64,000 nt of DNA from an uncultured bacterium (GCA_963807165.1 CAWDZM010000001.1:641471-705470), one strand, 5' to 3'; positions 27,994 to 39,395 are shown, counted from the first letter of the stretch. The notes: a model not told the origin generated them from the letters alone. Numbers and translations: made by a program.

Positions 27994-28572
27994 ATGACAC
28001 TCGATACCCTCGTGTTCGACATCGAAACGCAGAACTTTTTTACCGACCCGGAAGTGGGGCGGGATAATTATGCTGCGCTCAAAATTTCCGTCGTTGCGGT
28101 CTACTCATATATAGAGGACCGGTATTTTTGCTATGAGGAGAACGAGATGGAGAAGCTCGCGGAATTGTTCAGCGACGCGCGGCGTATCGTCGGCTTTAGC
28201 ATGAACCGCTATGATATCCCCGTACTAAATAATTATTTTCAGCGGTTGCCGGGCGCGCCGAAACTGTGGGAGATGGAGCGCATCGATCTCTTGGAAGAGA
28301 TTGAGATGGCGACGGGGAGTCGCGTCAGTCTTGACCGGCTTGCGGGTGCGAATCTTGGCCTGCATAAGACCCATCCCAGTTCAGAGGCGGGGCAGTTATA
28401 TCGCGATGGCAAGATCGAAGAGCTCAAGGAATATTGCATGAACGATGTGAAGCTCACCAAGGATTTGTATGATCTCTATCGCAAGCAGAATTTTTTGATG
28501 GTGCCGAGTAAGAAGACGGGCGAGGTCATAAAGGTAATGTTCGCGAAGCCGGTAACGCCGGCGTTGTTATAA
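27994..28572 (+). CDS. DEDD-family 3'-5' exonuclease (DnaQ-like)
   Basis: Exo I VFDIETQ, Exo II GFSMNRYDIPVL and Exo III YCMNDVKLTKDLY motifs. Confidence 0.65.
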   Translation: MTLDTLVFDIETQNFFTDPEVGRDNYAALKISVVAVYSYIEDRYFCYEENEMEKLAELFSDARRIVGFSMNRYDIPVLNNYFQRLPGAPKLWEMERIDLLEEIEMATGSRVSLDRLAGANLGLHKTHPSSEAGQLYRDGKIEELKEYCMNDVKLTKDLYDLYRKQNFLMVPSKKTGEVIKVMFAKPVTPALL

Positions 28573-28580
28573 TGATATTT

Positions 28581-29789
28581 ATGCGCAGACTTTATTTTGA
28601 TCATGCGGCCTCGACGCCCGTCGACCCGCGTGTTCTTCGCGCGATGCATCCGTATTTTTTACGCGAGTTTGGGAACCCTGGCTCGCTGCATTCGTTCGGC
28701 CAGAAGGCGATCGCTGCGGTGGACGCATCGCGCGAAGAGATTGGAAAATTAATCGGCGCGAAACACTTCCGCGAGATTATTTTTACGAGCGGTGCGACGG
28801 AGGCGAACAATCTCGCGCTCCGCGGCGCGGTGGAGTTCTATAAGAAGCACCATTCGGATGGCGCCGCGGATCCTGTCACTGCCCGGCCGCGCATTATTAT
28901 TTCATCCATCGAGCACGAATCAATTTTAGAAACCGCTCGCGCGTTGGAGAAAGATGGCGTCGAGGTCATCATGTTGCCGGTCAACAAAGAGGGAGTCATT
29001 GATATCATCGCGTTGAAAAATGCACTGAACGAGCACACGGTCGTTGTTTCGATCATGCACGTGAACAATGAAGTGGGAACAATCCAACCGCTCCGCGAAA
29101 TAAAATTCATGATCGACGCATTTCGCAAGGGTGCGGCCTATCCACTTTTTCATACTGATGCCGCGCAATCGTTCGCATATTTATATTGTGATGTTGCGAT
29201 GCTTGGCGTGGATATGATGACGCTTTCCGCGCACAAGATGAATGGACCGAAAGGCGTCGGCGCACTCTATGTGCGGCGCGATGAAAAGATATTTTCAAAA
29301 AGCGGCGGTTTTCCGCTGACCGCGCAGGTAAACGGCGGCGGGCAGGAGTTTGGCATACGTTCAGGCACGGAGAATGTGCCGGGTATCGTGGGGTTCGCCC
29401 GCGCAGCAACGCTCGCCGCCGCCGCTCGCGGCAAGAACGCCACGCGCGTCACGGCGTTGCGTGACGAACTATGGAAGCGTATTAAAGCCGCCGTGCCAGG
29501 CGTGGAGATCAATGGTCCGATAGGGGATGCTAAGGCGCCTCATATTTTGAACATCTATTTCCCCAGCCACGACGCGCAGGACCTGCTTACGCGGTTCGAC
29601 CGCGCCGGCCTCGCTGTCTCATCCGGCTCTGCGTGCCGTTCTCGCGCGGCGGAATCATCGTACGTCATCGAAGCGCTCGGGTATAACAAATCGCGCGCCG
29701 GTTCGAGCATCAGATTCAGCTTAGGAAAAGACACTACAAAGGGAGAAGTAGCAGCAGCGGCGAAGATCGTGGGAAGGGTTTTACAATAG
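28581..29789 (+). CDS. cysteine desulfurase (class V aminotransferase, NifS/IscS-like)
   Basis: PLP-lysine motif SAHKMNGPKG and active-site SSGSACRS. The track ORF starts at 28572. Confidence 0.9.
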   Translation: MRRLYFDHAASTPVDPRVLRAMHPYFLREFGNPGSLHSFGQKAIAAVDASREEIGKLIGAKHFREIIFTSGATEANNLALRGAVEFYKKHHSDGAADPVTARPRIIISSIEHESILETARALEKDGVEVIMLPVNKEGVIDIIALKNALNEHTVVVSIMHVNNEVGTIQPLREIKFMIDAFRKGAAYPLFHTDAAQSFAYLYCDVAMLGVDMMTLSAHKMNGPKGVGALYVRRDEKIFSKSGGFPLTAQVNGGGQEFGIRSGTENVPGIVGFARAATLAAAARGKNATRVTALRDELWKRIKAAVPGVEINGPIGDAKAPHILNIYFPSHDAQDLLTRFDRAGLAVSSGSACRSRAAESSYVIEALGYNKSRAGSSIRFSLGKDTTKGEVAAAAKIVGRVLQ

Positions 29790-29801
29790 TCTGTAACCTC
29801 A

Positions 29802-29850
29802 TTAGCAATCTCACCCTGAGATTGACAATAGCCGCTTCGGCGCCTACAAT
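29802..29850 (+). promoter_or_regulatory. clpB promoter (TTGACA-16-TACAAT) overlapped by a CIRCE-like inverted repeat TTAGCAATC-N9-GATTGACAA
   Basis: The 9-bp arms with 9-nt spacer mirror the HrcA operator TTAGCACTC-N9-GAGTGCTAA (6/9 matches per arm). Confidence 0.4.
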
Positions 29851-29974
29851 TGATATATATCAGTGCTCTGCGCGGTATAATAAGTTAATAAGGTTTTAAT
29901 TTCTGTTTAAGAACTTTTTAATCTCCGGCAGCGTATAGTTATATCATCGTCGCCGACAAAATCAATAAAATCAC

Positions 29975-32629
29975 ATGCCAAACTTTCATCGTTTTACTAT
30001 AAAAGCACAAGAAGCCCTGCAGAATGCGCAAGAGATTGCCGCCAAAAAGAATCACGGCGAGTTGAAGTCGGTGCATTTGCTTGCTGCGCTTTTAGAGGAT
30101 GAACAATCGCTCGTCATTCCGGTGCTTGAGCGCTCCGGCGTGGATATCGAGCAGTTGGACGAGCAGATCGAGGTTGAACTCGATCGCATTCCGCCTATTG
30201 TGAGCAATGGTGCGCTCGGCCAGCTTTATCTTTCGCAGGAATTGATGAAGATACTTGATCAGGCGGCGAAGGTCGCTGCACAGCAAAAGGATGAGTTCGT
30301 CTCATGCGAGCATCTTCTGCTTGCACTGCTCGACGTGAACGGCGCCGCGAAATCCTTACTCGAAAAATTTGGCGTAAAGCGCGAGGCGGCGTTCCGCGTG
30401 CTCGCGCAGTTGCGGGGTTCCACGCGCGTGACGGATGAAACGCCGGAGAGTAAGTTCCAGGTACTCGAAAAATATGCCATCAATCTGAGCGATAAGGCCA
30501 AGGCGGGGGAGCTTGATCCGGTCATTGGGCGCGAAGAAGAGTTGCGCCGTCTGATGCAGGTGCTCTCGCGTCGCACCAAGAACAATCCGTGCCTTATCGG
30601 CGAGCCGGGCGTGGGAAAGACCGCAATAGTAGAGGGATTGGCACAGCGCATCGCTTCGGGCGACGTTCCGGAGCTGCTTAAAGGCAAGCAGGTGTTGATG
30701 CTCGATCTGGGCTCTCTCATCGCCGGAACAAAGTTCCGTGGCGAGTTTGAAGACCGCTTGAAGGCGTTTATGAAGGAGGTGAAGAACGCGCAGGGCCAGA
30801 TTATCCTATTTATAGATGAGATACACACGATCGTCGGCGCCGGCGCTGCGGAAGGCGCGATCGACGCGTCGAACCTGCTCAAACCCGCGCTCGCGCGTGG
30901 CGAACTCCACGCGATCGGCGCAACCACGATCCGCGAATATCAGAAGTATATAGAGAAGGATCCGGCGCTCGAGCGGCGCTTCCAACCGATTATAGTAGAG
31001 GAGCCGACGATCGAGGATTCGATTTCGATTTTGCGCGGGCTTAAGGAAAAATACGAGATCCATCATGGTATGCGCATCAGTGATGAGGCTATAGTGGAGG
31101 CCGTGAATCTTTCCGCGCGGTACATCACCGACCGCTTCTTGCCGGACAAGGCCGTGGACCTGATTGACGAGGCCGCCGCGGCGCGCCGGTTGGAGTCGGA
31201 GAGTTTGCCAAAGGAAATCGACCGCGCGCGCCGTGAGATCACGCGCTTGGAGATAGAAAAGCAGGCGCTTTCGCAGGAGGGGAAGAAAACCGCTACCACC
31301 GAGCGGATTAAAGAGATCAATAAGCAGCTCACGCTATTAAAAGAACAGAATGACGAGCTTTCGAGTAAGTGGCACTCGGAAAAGATAAAATTTGAGACTT
31401 TACACCAGCTTCGCCAGAAGGTGGATAACTTAAAGCGCGAGGCGGAGGTGGCGGAGCGGGAAGGCAACCTCGAGCGCGTGGCGCAGATCATGTACGGCGA
31501 ACAGCCGGCAGCCGAAAAGGATTTTGCGATATTCGAAAAGAAGAATTTTGGCGGCCCGGCGATAGCGAAAGGCAAGAAAGTAGCCGCCGGAAATGACCGC
31601 TTCCTTAAGGAATCTGTGGATAAAGAAGACGTCGCTGCGGTCGTGGCGTTATGGACCGGTATTCCGCTCAAGCGGATGCTTGAGACCGATACCGATAAGC
31701 TTATCCGTATCGAAGACGTTCTGCGCGAGCGCGTGATTGGGCAGGATGAGGCGATCGCCTCCGTTTCCTCGGCGTTGCGCCGTTCCCGTGCAGGGCTTTC
31801 GGATGAAAATCGCCCGATCGGATCGTTTATGTTCCTCGGACCGACGGGCGTCGGCAAGACCGAGCTCGCCCGGACGCTCGCGGAGTTTATGTTCAACGAC
31901 GAAAAGGCACTCGTGCGCGTGGATATGTCCGAATATATGGAGCGTCACGCGACGAGCCGTCTGATCGGTTCGCCTCCGGGCTATGTGGGCCACGAGGAAG
32001 GCGGACAGCTTACCGAGATTATCCGCCACCGGCCCTATAGCATCATTCTTTTTGATGAGATCGAAAAGGCACACCCCGAAGTGTTCAACCTGCTTTTGCA
32101 GGTGTTAGACAACGGCCGCCTTACCGACAGCAAGGGCAAAACGGTCAACTTTAAGAATTCGATCATTATCATGACGTCGAACGTCGGCAGTGAATATCTC
32201 AAAGCGATGTCGCGCATCGGGTTCAGCGCGGAGAGCGAGCAGGCGTCGGCCGAAGAAGGGGATTATCGCCAGAAAGTGATGGAAGCTCTCCGCGGCAGTT
32301 TCCGCCCGGAGTTTTTGAACCGCATCGACGACGTGGTCATCTTCAATCCGCTTCGCCGTCACGATATCGAGAAGATCGTGGATATTCAGATCAAGCTGAT
32401 CGAGAAGCGCCTTGCGGATCGCCGTATCAAGCTGGAGATCGAGAGCGCCGCGCGTGCGCACCTCACAAAAGAAGGCTTTAGCGCGGAGTACGGTGCCCGC
32501 CCCTTGAAGCGTTTGATGCAGAAGGTTATCCTTGATAAGTTGGCGGACAAGATCATCCGCGGCGAATTCAAAGATGGTGGAAAAGTTAAAGTCAATTTTA
32601 AGGCGAACGAGCTGGTCTTTACTTCTTAG
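29975..32629 (+). CDS. clpB: ATP-dependent chaperone ClpB
   Basis: Clp_N domain, two AAA+ modules ([16 protein letters not shown]) and a long middle coiled-coil between them. Confidence 0.95.
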   Translation: MPNFHRFTIKAQEALQNAQEIAAKKNHGELKSVHLLAALLEDEQSLVIPVLERSGVDIEQLDEQIEVELDRIPPIVSNGALGQLYLSQELMKILDQAAKVAAQQKDEFVSCEHLLLALLDVNGAAKSLLEKFGVKREAAFRVLAQLRGSTRVTDETPESKFQVLEKYAINLSDKAKAGELDPVIGREEELRRLMQVLSRRTKNNPCLIGEPGVGKTAIVEGLAQRIASGDVPELLKGKQVLMLDLGSLIAGTKFRGEFEDRLKAFMKEVKNAQGQIILFIDEIHTIVGAGAAEGAIDASNLLKPALARGELHAIGATTIREYQKYIEKDPALERRFQPIIVEEPTIEDSISILRGLKEKYEIHHGMRISDEAIVEAVNLSARYITDRFLPDKAVDLIDEAAAARRLESESLPKEIDRARREITRLEIEKQALSQEGKKTATTERIKEINKQLTLLKEQNDELSSKWHSEKIKFETLHQLRQKVDNLKREAEVAEREGNLERVAQIMYGEQPAAEKDFAIFEKKNFGGPAIAKGKKVAAGNDRFLKESVDKEDVAAVVALWTGIPLKRMLETDTDKLIRIEDVLRERVIGQDEAIASVSSALRRSRAGLSDENRPIGSFMFLGPTGVGKTELARTLAEFMFNDEKALVRVDMSEYMERHATSRLIGSPPGYVGHEEGGQLTEIIRHRPYSIILFDEIEKAHPEVFNLLLQVLDNGRLTDSKGKTVNFKNSIIIMTSNVGSEYLKAMSRIGFSAESEQASAEEGDYRQKVMEALRGSFRPEFLNRIDDVVIFNPLRRHDIEKIVDIQIKLIEKRLADRRIKLEIESAARAHLTKEGFSAEYGARPLKRLMQKVILDKLADKIIRGEFKDGGKVKVNFKANELVFTS

Positions 32630-33308
32630 GGCAGTCATTTTTGGTGTCGCGTGGTGGGCACTGCCGTTCTGGCTGTTTCTCCTTATCGCGCTCTATCTCT
32701 ACTTTGTCCCAACAACGGGCGCCGGAAAAGTTTCGGTGCCCGTTGTTGTATTGCTTTTGATCACATTCCTTGAGCCTCAAAGTATCGTTGCCGCAGTCAT
32801 GTTCGCCGCGCTATTCTATTTTATTCTTCTCATCAAAGATTTGATCATCATCGATCGTCGCTCGGCGTATGAACTACTCATCCTTGCGCTATCATATTTT
32901 CTTTTGCGCGGTTTCTTCCTGAACGTCGGCGGCTCGCTCAGCTACTGGTCATTATTAGACAGCCTTATCGCCGCCGCCGCAGTGAGCGCGATGACAATGA
33001 GTTTTATTAGAAATTTTTCTCCCTCCACCGAGCAGGGAATGGCGGCACCACGAGAGGCGCGCTCCTTTGACCGTATGCTTGGCTGGCTGGTTTTCCTCTT
33101 GATGTGGCAACTGATCATTGTGGGGCTTTTTCTCCCACTTAACTTTCTTTACCAGTCGGCAGTCGTATTCCTTTTGGCAGTCATCCTCATCGATCTCATC
33201 CCGCAACACGTCTTCGGCGAACTTTCACGGATAAAAGCCCTCGCCACCGGAACGGTGCTTTTTGCGCTGATCGTCATTGTACTCGCCTCAGCCCGCTGGG
33301 TTATTTAA
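32574..33308 (+). CDS. polytopic membrane protein, hypothetical; start overlaps clpB 3' end
   Basis: ~6 TM helices. There is no in-frame start after the clpB stop, so the start must lie inside clpB (Met at 32574, or 32532 per the track). Confidence 0.5.
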   Translation: MVEKLKSILRRTSWSLLLRAVIFGVAWWALPFWLFLLIALYLYFVPTTGAGKVSVPVVVLLLITFLEPQSIVAAVMFAALFYFILLIKDLIIIDRRSAYELLILALSYFLLRGFFLNVGGSLSYWSLLDSLIAAAAVSAMTMSFIRNFSPSTEQGMAAPREARSFDRMLGWLVFLLMWQLIIVGLFLPLNFLYQSAVVFLLAVILIDLIPQHVFGELSRIKALATGTVLFALIVIVLASARWVI

Positions 33309-33363
33309 TATATTTTTAATGTGAGTGTGCTATGGTGGGGTTGTTGAAAAAAACAACCCTACT

Positions 33364-33888
33364 ATGGATCAAAATCTATCAAGACTCACAAAAATTGGGA
33401 ACTGGATCGCCACGTTACTTTTGGGTAATACGCGGGAGTTGATCGCGCGGATTGATGAACGGACCATTCTCATGCAGAAAGATTTAGAGGGTTTAAAAGG
33501 AGATCTTAAAGACGTGAGATCTAAGGTAGACGATATGTCCCCAAAGCTTGATATTCTTTGGAAAGACAAGCTCGCCTCTGCACATTCCCGGCGGAGGCTT
33601 AACGCGTATGGAGAAAAAGTTCTCAAAGAAAGCGGTATAAAAGAAATTATTGATGAAAAGAAAAAAGAGCTTTTTGGACTTATAAAAGCAAAAGAGGCAA
33701 AAAATATTTATGATGCAGAAGAAAATATCCTTTCCGTGGTCAAACGATTGCCGGAACAGTATCCCGATATTGTGAATAAATTGAAAACAGGAGCTTTCAA
33801 CACAGGGACCGATTTGGATACGGTCCTATATGCAGGTGGTATTTATTTGCGTGATCTTATATTACCCGACCTAGGATTTCCTTCATAA
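33364..33888 (+). CDS. hypothetical protein
   Basis: Clean ORF (track start 33325) with coiled-coil-like composition. Confidence 0.5.
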   Translation: MDQNLSRLTKIGNWIATLLLGNTRELIARIDERTILMQKDLEGLKGDLKDVRSKVDDMSPKLDILWKDKLASAHSRRRLNAYGEKVLKESGIKEIIDEKKKELFGLIKAKEAKNIYDAEENILSVVKRLPEQYPDIVNKLKTGAFNTGTDLDTVLYAGGIYLRDLILPDLGFPS

Positions 33889-33928
33889 ACCTTGCAATTG
33901 CAGGATTGCAGGATTATAATCCCCGCAT

Positions 33929-34636
33929 ATGAAAGAGACCGGCAAAGAGCGTTTTGTCCTCACTAAGGCCTATGAGGTCGCTTACGCGCTGTTCCGTTTG
34001 GCGGCTCAATTGCAGGAAAAGGACTTTGCAGAACCGCTCCGGGCATCCGGCACGGCATTGCTTGCCGCCGCTGCGGCGGAGGATTACATCGCCGCCGAGC
34101 GTGCGATCCGCGTCATGGAATGTCTCGTCAAATTTGGGGGAGATGTGAACCTGATTGGGAGTCCGAATGTGGATGTGATGATGCGCGAGATCTACGCCCT
34201 GGACGTGGCTATCGCCGAACGCAAAACTGCGGTCAAAACCGACGAGGTGAACGTTGCCGAAATATTCTCCAAGCCGGAGATTGCCGAACCGACCCGTGTC
34301 GTTGAATCTGCACGCCCCGCGGAATCGGCAATGGAGCCGGAGCCGATGCGCATAGAAGATTTTAGTGTGCGACCACAAGCACAAGTGCAACGACAACCCC
34401 GCCAGCCTTCGAATGATTCGGCAATCCGGCAAAACACAATTCTTACGCGCATTCGGCAATCCGGCAATTGCAGGATGAAGGATATTCAAGAGTTATTTCC
34501 CGATACAAGCGAGCGGACTATTCGCTATGATCTGCAAACGTTAGTTGAACAGAACCGAATAGAGAGAATCGGCAACGCCGGACCATTGGTGTTCTACCGC
34601 GCGAGCATGGCGGAGCGGGGAATCGGCACCAAATAA
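33929..34636 (+). CDS. hypothetical regulator: N-terminal helical bundle + C-terminal DeoR-like winged HTH
   Basis: The C-terminus ILTRIRQSGNCRMKDIQELFPDTSERTIRYDLQTLVEQNRIERIG fits a DeoR-type HTH. Confidence 0.5.
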   Translation: MKETGKERFVLTKAYEVAYALFRLAAQLQEKDFAEPLRASGTALLAAAAAEDYIAAERAIRVMECLVKFGGDVNLIGSPNVDVMMREIYALDVAIAERKTAVKTDEVNVAEIFSKPEIAEPTRVVESARPAESAMEPEPMRIEDFSVRPQAQVQRQPRQPSNDSAIRQNTILTRIRQSGNCRMKDIQELFPDTSERTIRYDLQTLVEQNRIERIGNAGPLVFYRASMAERGIGTK

Positions 34637-35114
34637 AAGGAGGTAACCTTTCGCCTGGCGGCACGTTCTATTATGTGCCGTTAGACGAAAGGTTATGGAG
34701 GAGGATAAAATACTTTTCCACACCTTTTTCCCAAACGGCAGCGTAGTATATGCGGTACAATAGTAGAAAGGTTCGGTGTGAGGCTGAACCAAAGAATATA
34801 TTGAGCGGTCGTTATTTTTTTAGCGGCAGCAAAATCTATTTTATTCAGCCTCGCCACAAAGCGAGCTTTTTCTTTTATAGCGGTTCCCTTACAAAGATAT
34901 TAACCCCGTTTTCGTCGCTCTCTTCTATTTGATCGGTCGTCGCTTTCCCTCACGAGGCGGCCGCTCGAGCGAATAGAGTGAAGTGCCGGAAACGGTCCTG
35001 AAAAAATAGAAAATAAAAAAACGTGATTTGGTGCACGGAAAGGTCGACGGCTGAAAGGGTCCATAACGGATCAACAGGTCGATACCAATAATTAAAGAAA
35101 TAATATAAGTAAAA

Positions 35115-38100
35115 ATGAATAAAAATAAATTGGTTTCATCTGTTCTCGCTGTTGCCACTTTGGTGGTAATGGTCGGAACGCCTCTGGTGAACGCAAGCGC
35201 GCAGACCACGTCGAGCCTTCAGGCTCAGATCGCGGCATTGCTCGCCCAGATCCAGACCCTCCAGAGCCAATTGAATGCTTCTGGCACCACGACCACTTCG
35301 GTCGGCGCAAACACCTATAACTTTACCAGCGACCTCACCGTTGGTTCTACAGGTTCTGCGGTAATGGCACTCCAGCAGTTTTTGATTGGACAGGGAGATC
35401 TCGTTCTCGCTACGCCGACCCAGTACTTCGGTGCGCTTACCCAAGCTGCACTCGCAAAGTTCCAGGCCGCGCATGGCATCACTCCTTCTGTCGGTTACTT
35501 CGGTCCTAAGACGCGCGCTTTCGTTAACTCGATGAGCACGTCCACGACCACCACGACGACCACCACGACGGGCACGATTGCTCCGGTTGGTGCGCCGTTG
35601 TCTATCTCACTCGATGCGCAGACCCCGGGTTCCTCGAACGTAGCGGCTGGCGCGGTGAACACTCCGGTCTTGAAGCTTGACTTCACGGCTGGTGCAACGC
35701 CCGTCACCATCACGAACTTGGTGTTGACCCGTTCAGGTCTTTCGCAGGATTCCGACTTGGATAACGTCTACCTCTAGCAGTGCGCGGTACCAAGTTGGCA
35801 TCAAACCTCGGCTTCAACAATGGGGCGATCACCTTCTCGAATGGCGCAGGACTCTTTACGGTTCCGGCGAATTCCACGCAGGTCATCACCGTCACTGTTG
35901 ATGTCGATAATGGTGGAATTGGCAAAAACAATGTCACTGTTGCAGCGGATTCCGGCCATATCTTCCAGATTGGCTTGGCTTCCGCGAGCAATGTAACCGG
36001 CGGCACTTTCACGGGCAACTTCCCGTTGGAGAGCGCGCAGTTCACGATCGCATCCGTCACAAATTTGGCGACGACTTACCGTCTCCGGCCCTCAGACTTC
36101 TTCGACGACCGTGAATGCGGGCCAGTTGGATGATCTCGTTGGTCAGTTCACCGTTCAGGCCGGTAATAACCCGGTCAAGGTGACACAGTTAAACTTCACG
36201 AATGTCGGAAGCGTAACGCCAAGCTACCTCCAGAACGTCAAATTGATGGATGGCTCAACCCAGCTTGGTGCGACCATCACCTCTCTTGGCAGCAACAACA
36301 TTGCGACGTTCGACCTTTCTGGCGCGCCGCTCATGTTGACCTCCGGCCAGTCGGCGGTGTTGTCGCTCTATGCGGACATCACGGGTGGCGTAAATCGCAA
36401 CTTCCAGTTCTCTATCCAGCAGTCGTCTGACATTCAGGCGGAGGATACGACCTATGGGGTTGGCATTGGTGCGACCCTCCAGACAGGCCTTTCGTTCCCG
36501 ATTGATTTCTCCTGTGGTTACCATCAGTAATGGCGGCGTAGTGGCATCGAGGGATGCGAACACCCCGACCACCTACGCGGTGGCAGGGAATACCAATCAG
36601 GTGCTCGGCGATGTTTGATGTCTTGGCTTCCGGCGACAGCATCAAGTTCAATGAAATGGACTTCTGGCTACACGCTTGAACAATGGCGACACGATCAATA
36701 ACTTCCGCGTTGTTGATGACCAGGGTGCTCAGATCGGCACAACGGTCAATACGACCGCTGGTGCGACAGCAACAATGTTAACGGTATCGTTGCTGAAGGC
36801 AGCGGCAGTTTGAACTACATCATTCCGGCCAACACGACTCGTGTCTTGACGGTCTATGGTGATTTGCCTTCGAATGCTTCTGGAACGGTAACGTGTGACA
36901 TTCGGTGAACCGAGTGGCACTTTCGGCTCCAACAATGGTACTTCTGCGGAGAGCTACACGACCTATGCGAACGCGACGACGACGGCTGTTTCTGGAAACA
37001 CCCTCCAGATCTTGAACTCGAATACGAATCTTCTCATAAGCGAGAACTACGGTTTGGGTTCTCCGGTGTCTGCAGCGGCGGTGCGCCCAGCATGTAGAGA
37101 TTGGATCGTACACGCTTACGGCGGGACAGGTGAATGGTGTTAATTTGACGGGCGTTACCATCTCGGCAACGAGCACCCTTCCGGTTAACTACCTGACAAA
37201 CCTTGAGGTGTTCGATGGTTCTACCCAGATCGGCCAGACCTATTCTACGGTAGTCGCTGGAAATGCGCTATAACTTCAACACCAATTCCCCGATTGCGAT
37301 TCCGGCGAATGGCTCCGTCACGCTCGATGTTTACGCAAACATTAGCTCGAACGTAAGCGCTCAGACGGTATCTCGGCGACGACTTTGTCGGCGGTAAATG
37401 CTTCGACCCAGGCGGGTAATGCCGATAACGGTCCAGCTCGACGGCAGGCCAGAATCTTTCCTTCAACACGGGAGGTACGCTGAGTGGCTCGCTCTCGGCA
37501 GGTACGTCGCAGGCATCCTAGCTTGGCATGGGTATCACGGGCGTGAATGTCGCCCAGTACCAGTTCGTCGCTGACAATAACGGCAGCGAGACCCTGACGA
37601 AATTGGTGATTCTCGACAGCTACAACCACGGCGAACACCTCGACTGCTTGGCGCTCAAGCCTTCGGATCTCATCAACTATCGGTTGACGGATTCGGCAGG
37701 CAATGTGCTTAGCACGGCGAGTGAGGATCGAACGGTACGTTGACCTTCAACTTGACTGGCTTGCCATTCCTGTGAATGGAACGCAGTACGTGAATTTGGT
37801 GGCGGATACGAATTCATACCCGTATGCGACATCAGGCGGATACGCATGCGTATGATCTTGACGAGCTACCAGTACACCAACGCTACGCAGTCGAGACGAC
37901 GAGCACTCTGGCCAACGGCATGGGTAACCTCTTCACGGTTTACCAGACAACGCTTGGTGTGGCTGGTACTTCGGTTGGTCAACGCCCGAACAACATCTCC
38001 GGTGTTGAGCAACATCGTGGGTGAGTTCAACTTCACGGCTGGCAGTGGCAACATCGAACCCGAAAGTGTTGAACAAGGTTACCTTGTCGAACCGGTGGTT

Positions 38101-38530
38101 CGTTGATCCAGGCAAGCACGATCGCAGACCCTCGGCCTCTATGATGCCTCGGCTCCGTCGGTGCTCTTGGCTTCTTCAACAGCAACCTCAGACGATACAG
38201 CATGACGTTCACCTTTGCGAATCTGAACCGAACCAGTGGACAATTCCGTACAGCTCTACAAAGACATTACTCGTAGAAACGTTGTCTGTCGCCGACTGGC
38301 GGCGCTTTGGGCGGTTCGCTGACGAATGGCAACAGGTGGCAGTTATCAGGTGTTCTCACTGGTTAACAGTGGACTGATGGTCCGTCGTGGCACGGCGATG
38401 GTACGACGACGCTGGGTGCGAATACTTACGTTCGGCATTGGCTTAGCCCGTCTATCTCGATCGCCGGTTCCGAGCCGAACATCACTGACTTGTCCAACTA
38501 GTCTGGTATCCCTCCGATCCGATCGCTTGT
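35115..38530 (+). pseudogene. large secreted cell-surface protein: signal peptide + PG_binding_1 domain + Thr-run + ~100-aa repeats, shattered by >10 frameshifts/stops
   Basis: The intact N-terminus (35115-35777) has TFTSDLTVGSTGSAVMALQQFLIGQGDL ... GYFGPKTRAFV. Downstream, the reading frame switches repeatedly (track ORFs 35780, 36111, 36895, 37528, 37846, 38021 ...), yet repeat motifs such as DGSTQLG/DGSTQIG persist. A terminator follows at 38547. Confidence 0.55.
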
Positions 38531-38546
38531 GACGATCGGATAGGAA

Positions 38547-38580
38547 AAACAAAACAGCCCTTCGGGGCTGTTTTGTTTTG
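38547..38580 (+). terminator. rho-independent terminator (AAAACAGCCCttcgGGGCTGTTTTGTTTTG)
   Basis: Perfect stem plus U-run. Confidence 0.55.
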
Positions 38581-39395
38581 GGGAGGGGCGCATATTTTTA
38601 TCCGCACGGAGGGAATTTAAGATCTATTTAATGTCGCGAGGAGTATCGTGGGAGGGATGCAAGATTCCTCGCGATACAAAAAATTAATGATTATATCGAA
38701 GAATTTTTTCCTATGGCACAAGGAGAAGTAATCAGCACTCCAGAGGAAGAAATTTTATTTACTCCAAGATGTAAAAATATCGCGCAGAACGTTCAAACAT
38801 ATAGTCGAGCGGCGCTCTATAAACGATGGATTTGGAGTGAGCTGGTATAAAAGACTTACTAAGAAGTGCGCAAGATATAGTGGACAATCCGGAGGCAGTT
38901 AATTAGAAATACGAATCTAGTAAAATATCCTGAGAGAAGTATGATTGGGAGGTTGGATTCAGGAATAGAAGCGGCGATAATGGTGGTCGTGGATTGATCT
39001 CTTGAGGGAGAAAAAAAGTTATAACAATATTTCTGAAAGAAAGGCGTCAATTTTTGGCTTAATAAAAAAAGAGCCCATAGCTTTGTATCTGGAGGGGCGG
39101 CATCAATACAATAGCGAGTGTGTTGATTTCCCTCATCGAAAACGCACCTTGCGATACGCCCCCGCAGTGGAAGCCTTTCTGCCGTCAGATACAAAATTAT
39201 GAGTTGTTTACCATTTTAATCTACCTCGTCGCTATTCTTCCGTCAAATTTCTTTTAATCTTTATTTAATAACCTGCCCGCCGTCTGCTTGCCACCCATTT
39301 ACCACCCCCTTGTGCAGAAAACCCTTGATTTTGCTATACTAAAGGGGAGCTAAAATACAAAAGGTCGAGAAAAGAAACTAAATTTATCATCAATC

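Noticed and set aside
35780-38532. Treating the ORFs 35780.., 36111.., 36895.., 37528.., 37846.., 38021.., 38326.. as separate genes
   Set aside because: They share repeat motifs, follow a gene with an intact secretion signal, and run to a single terminator. They are better explained as fragments of one frameshifted gene.
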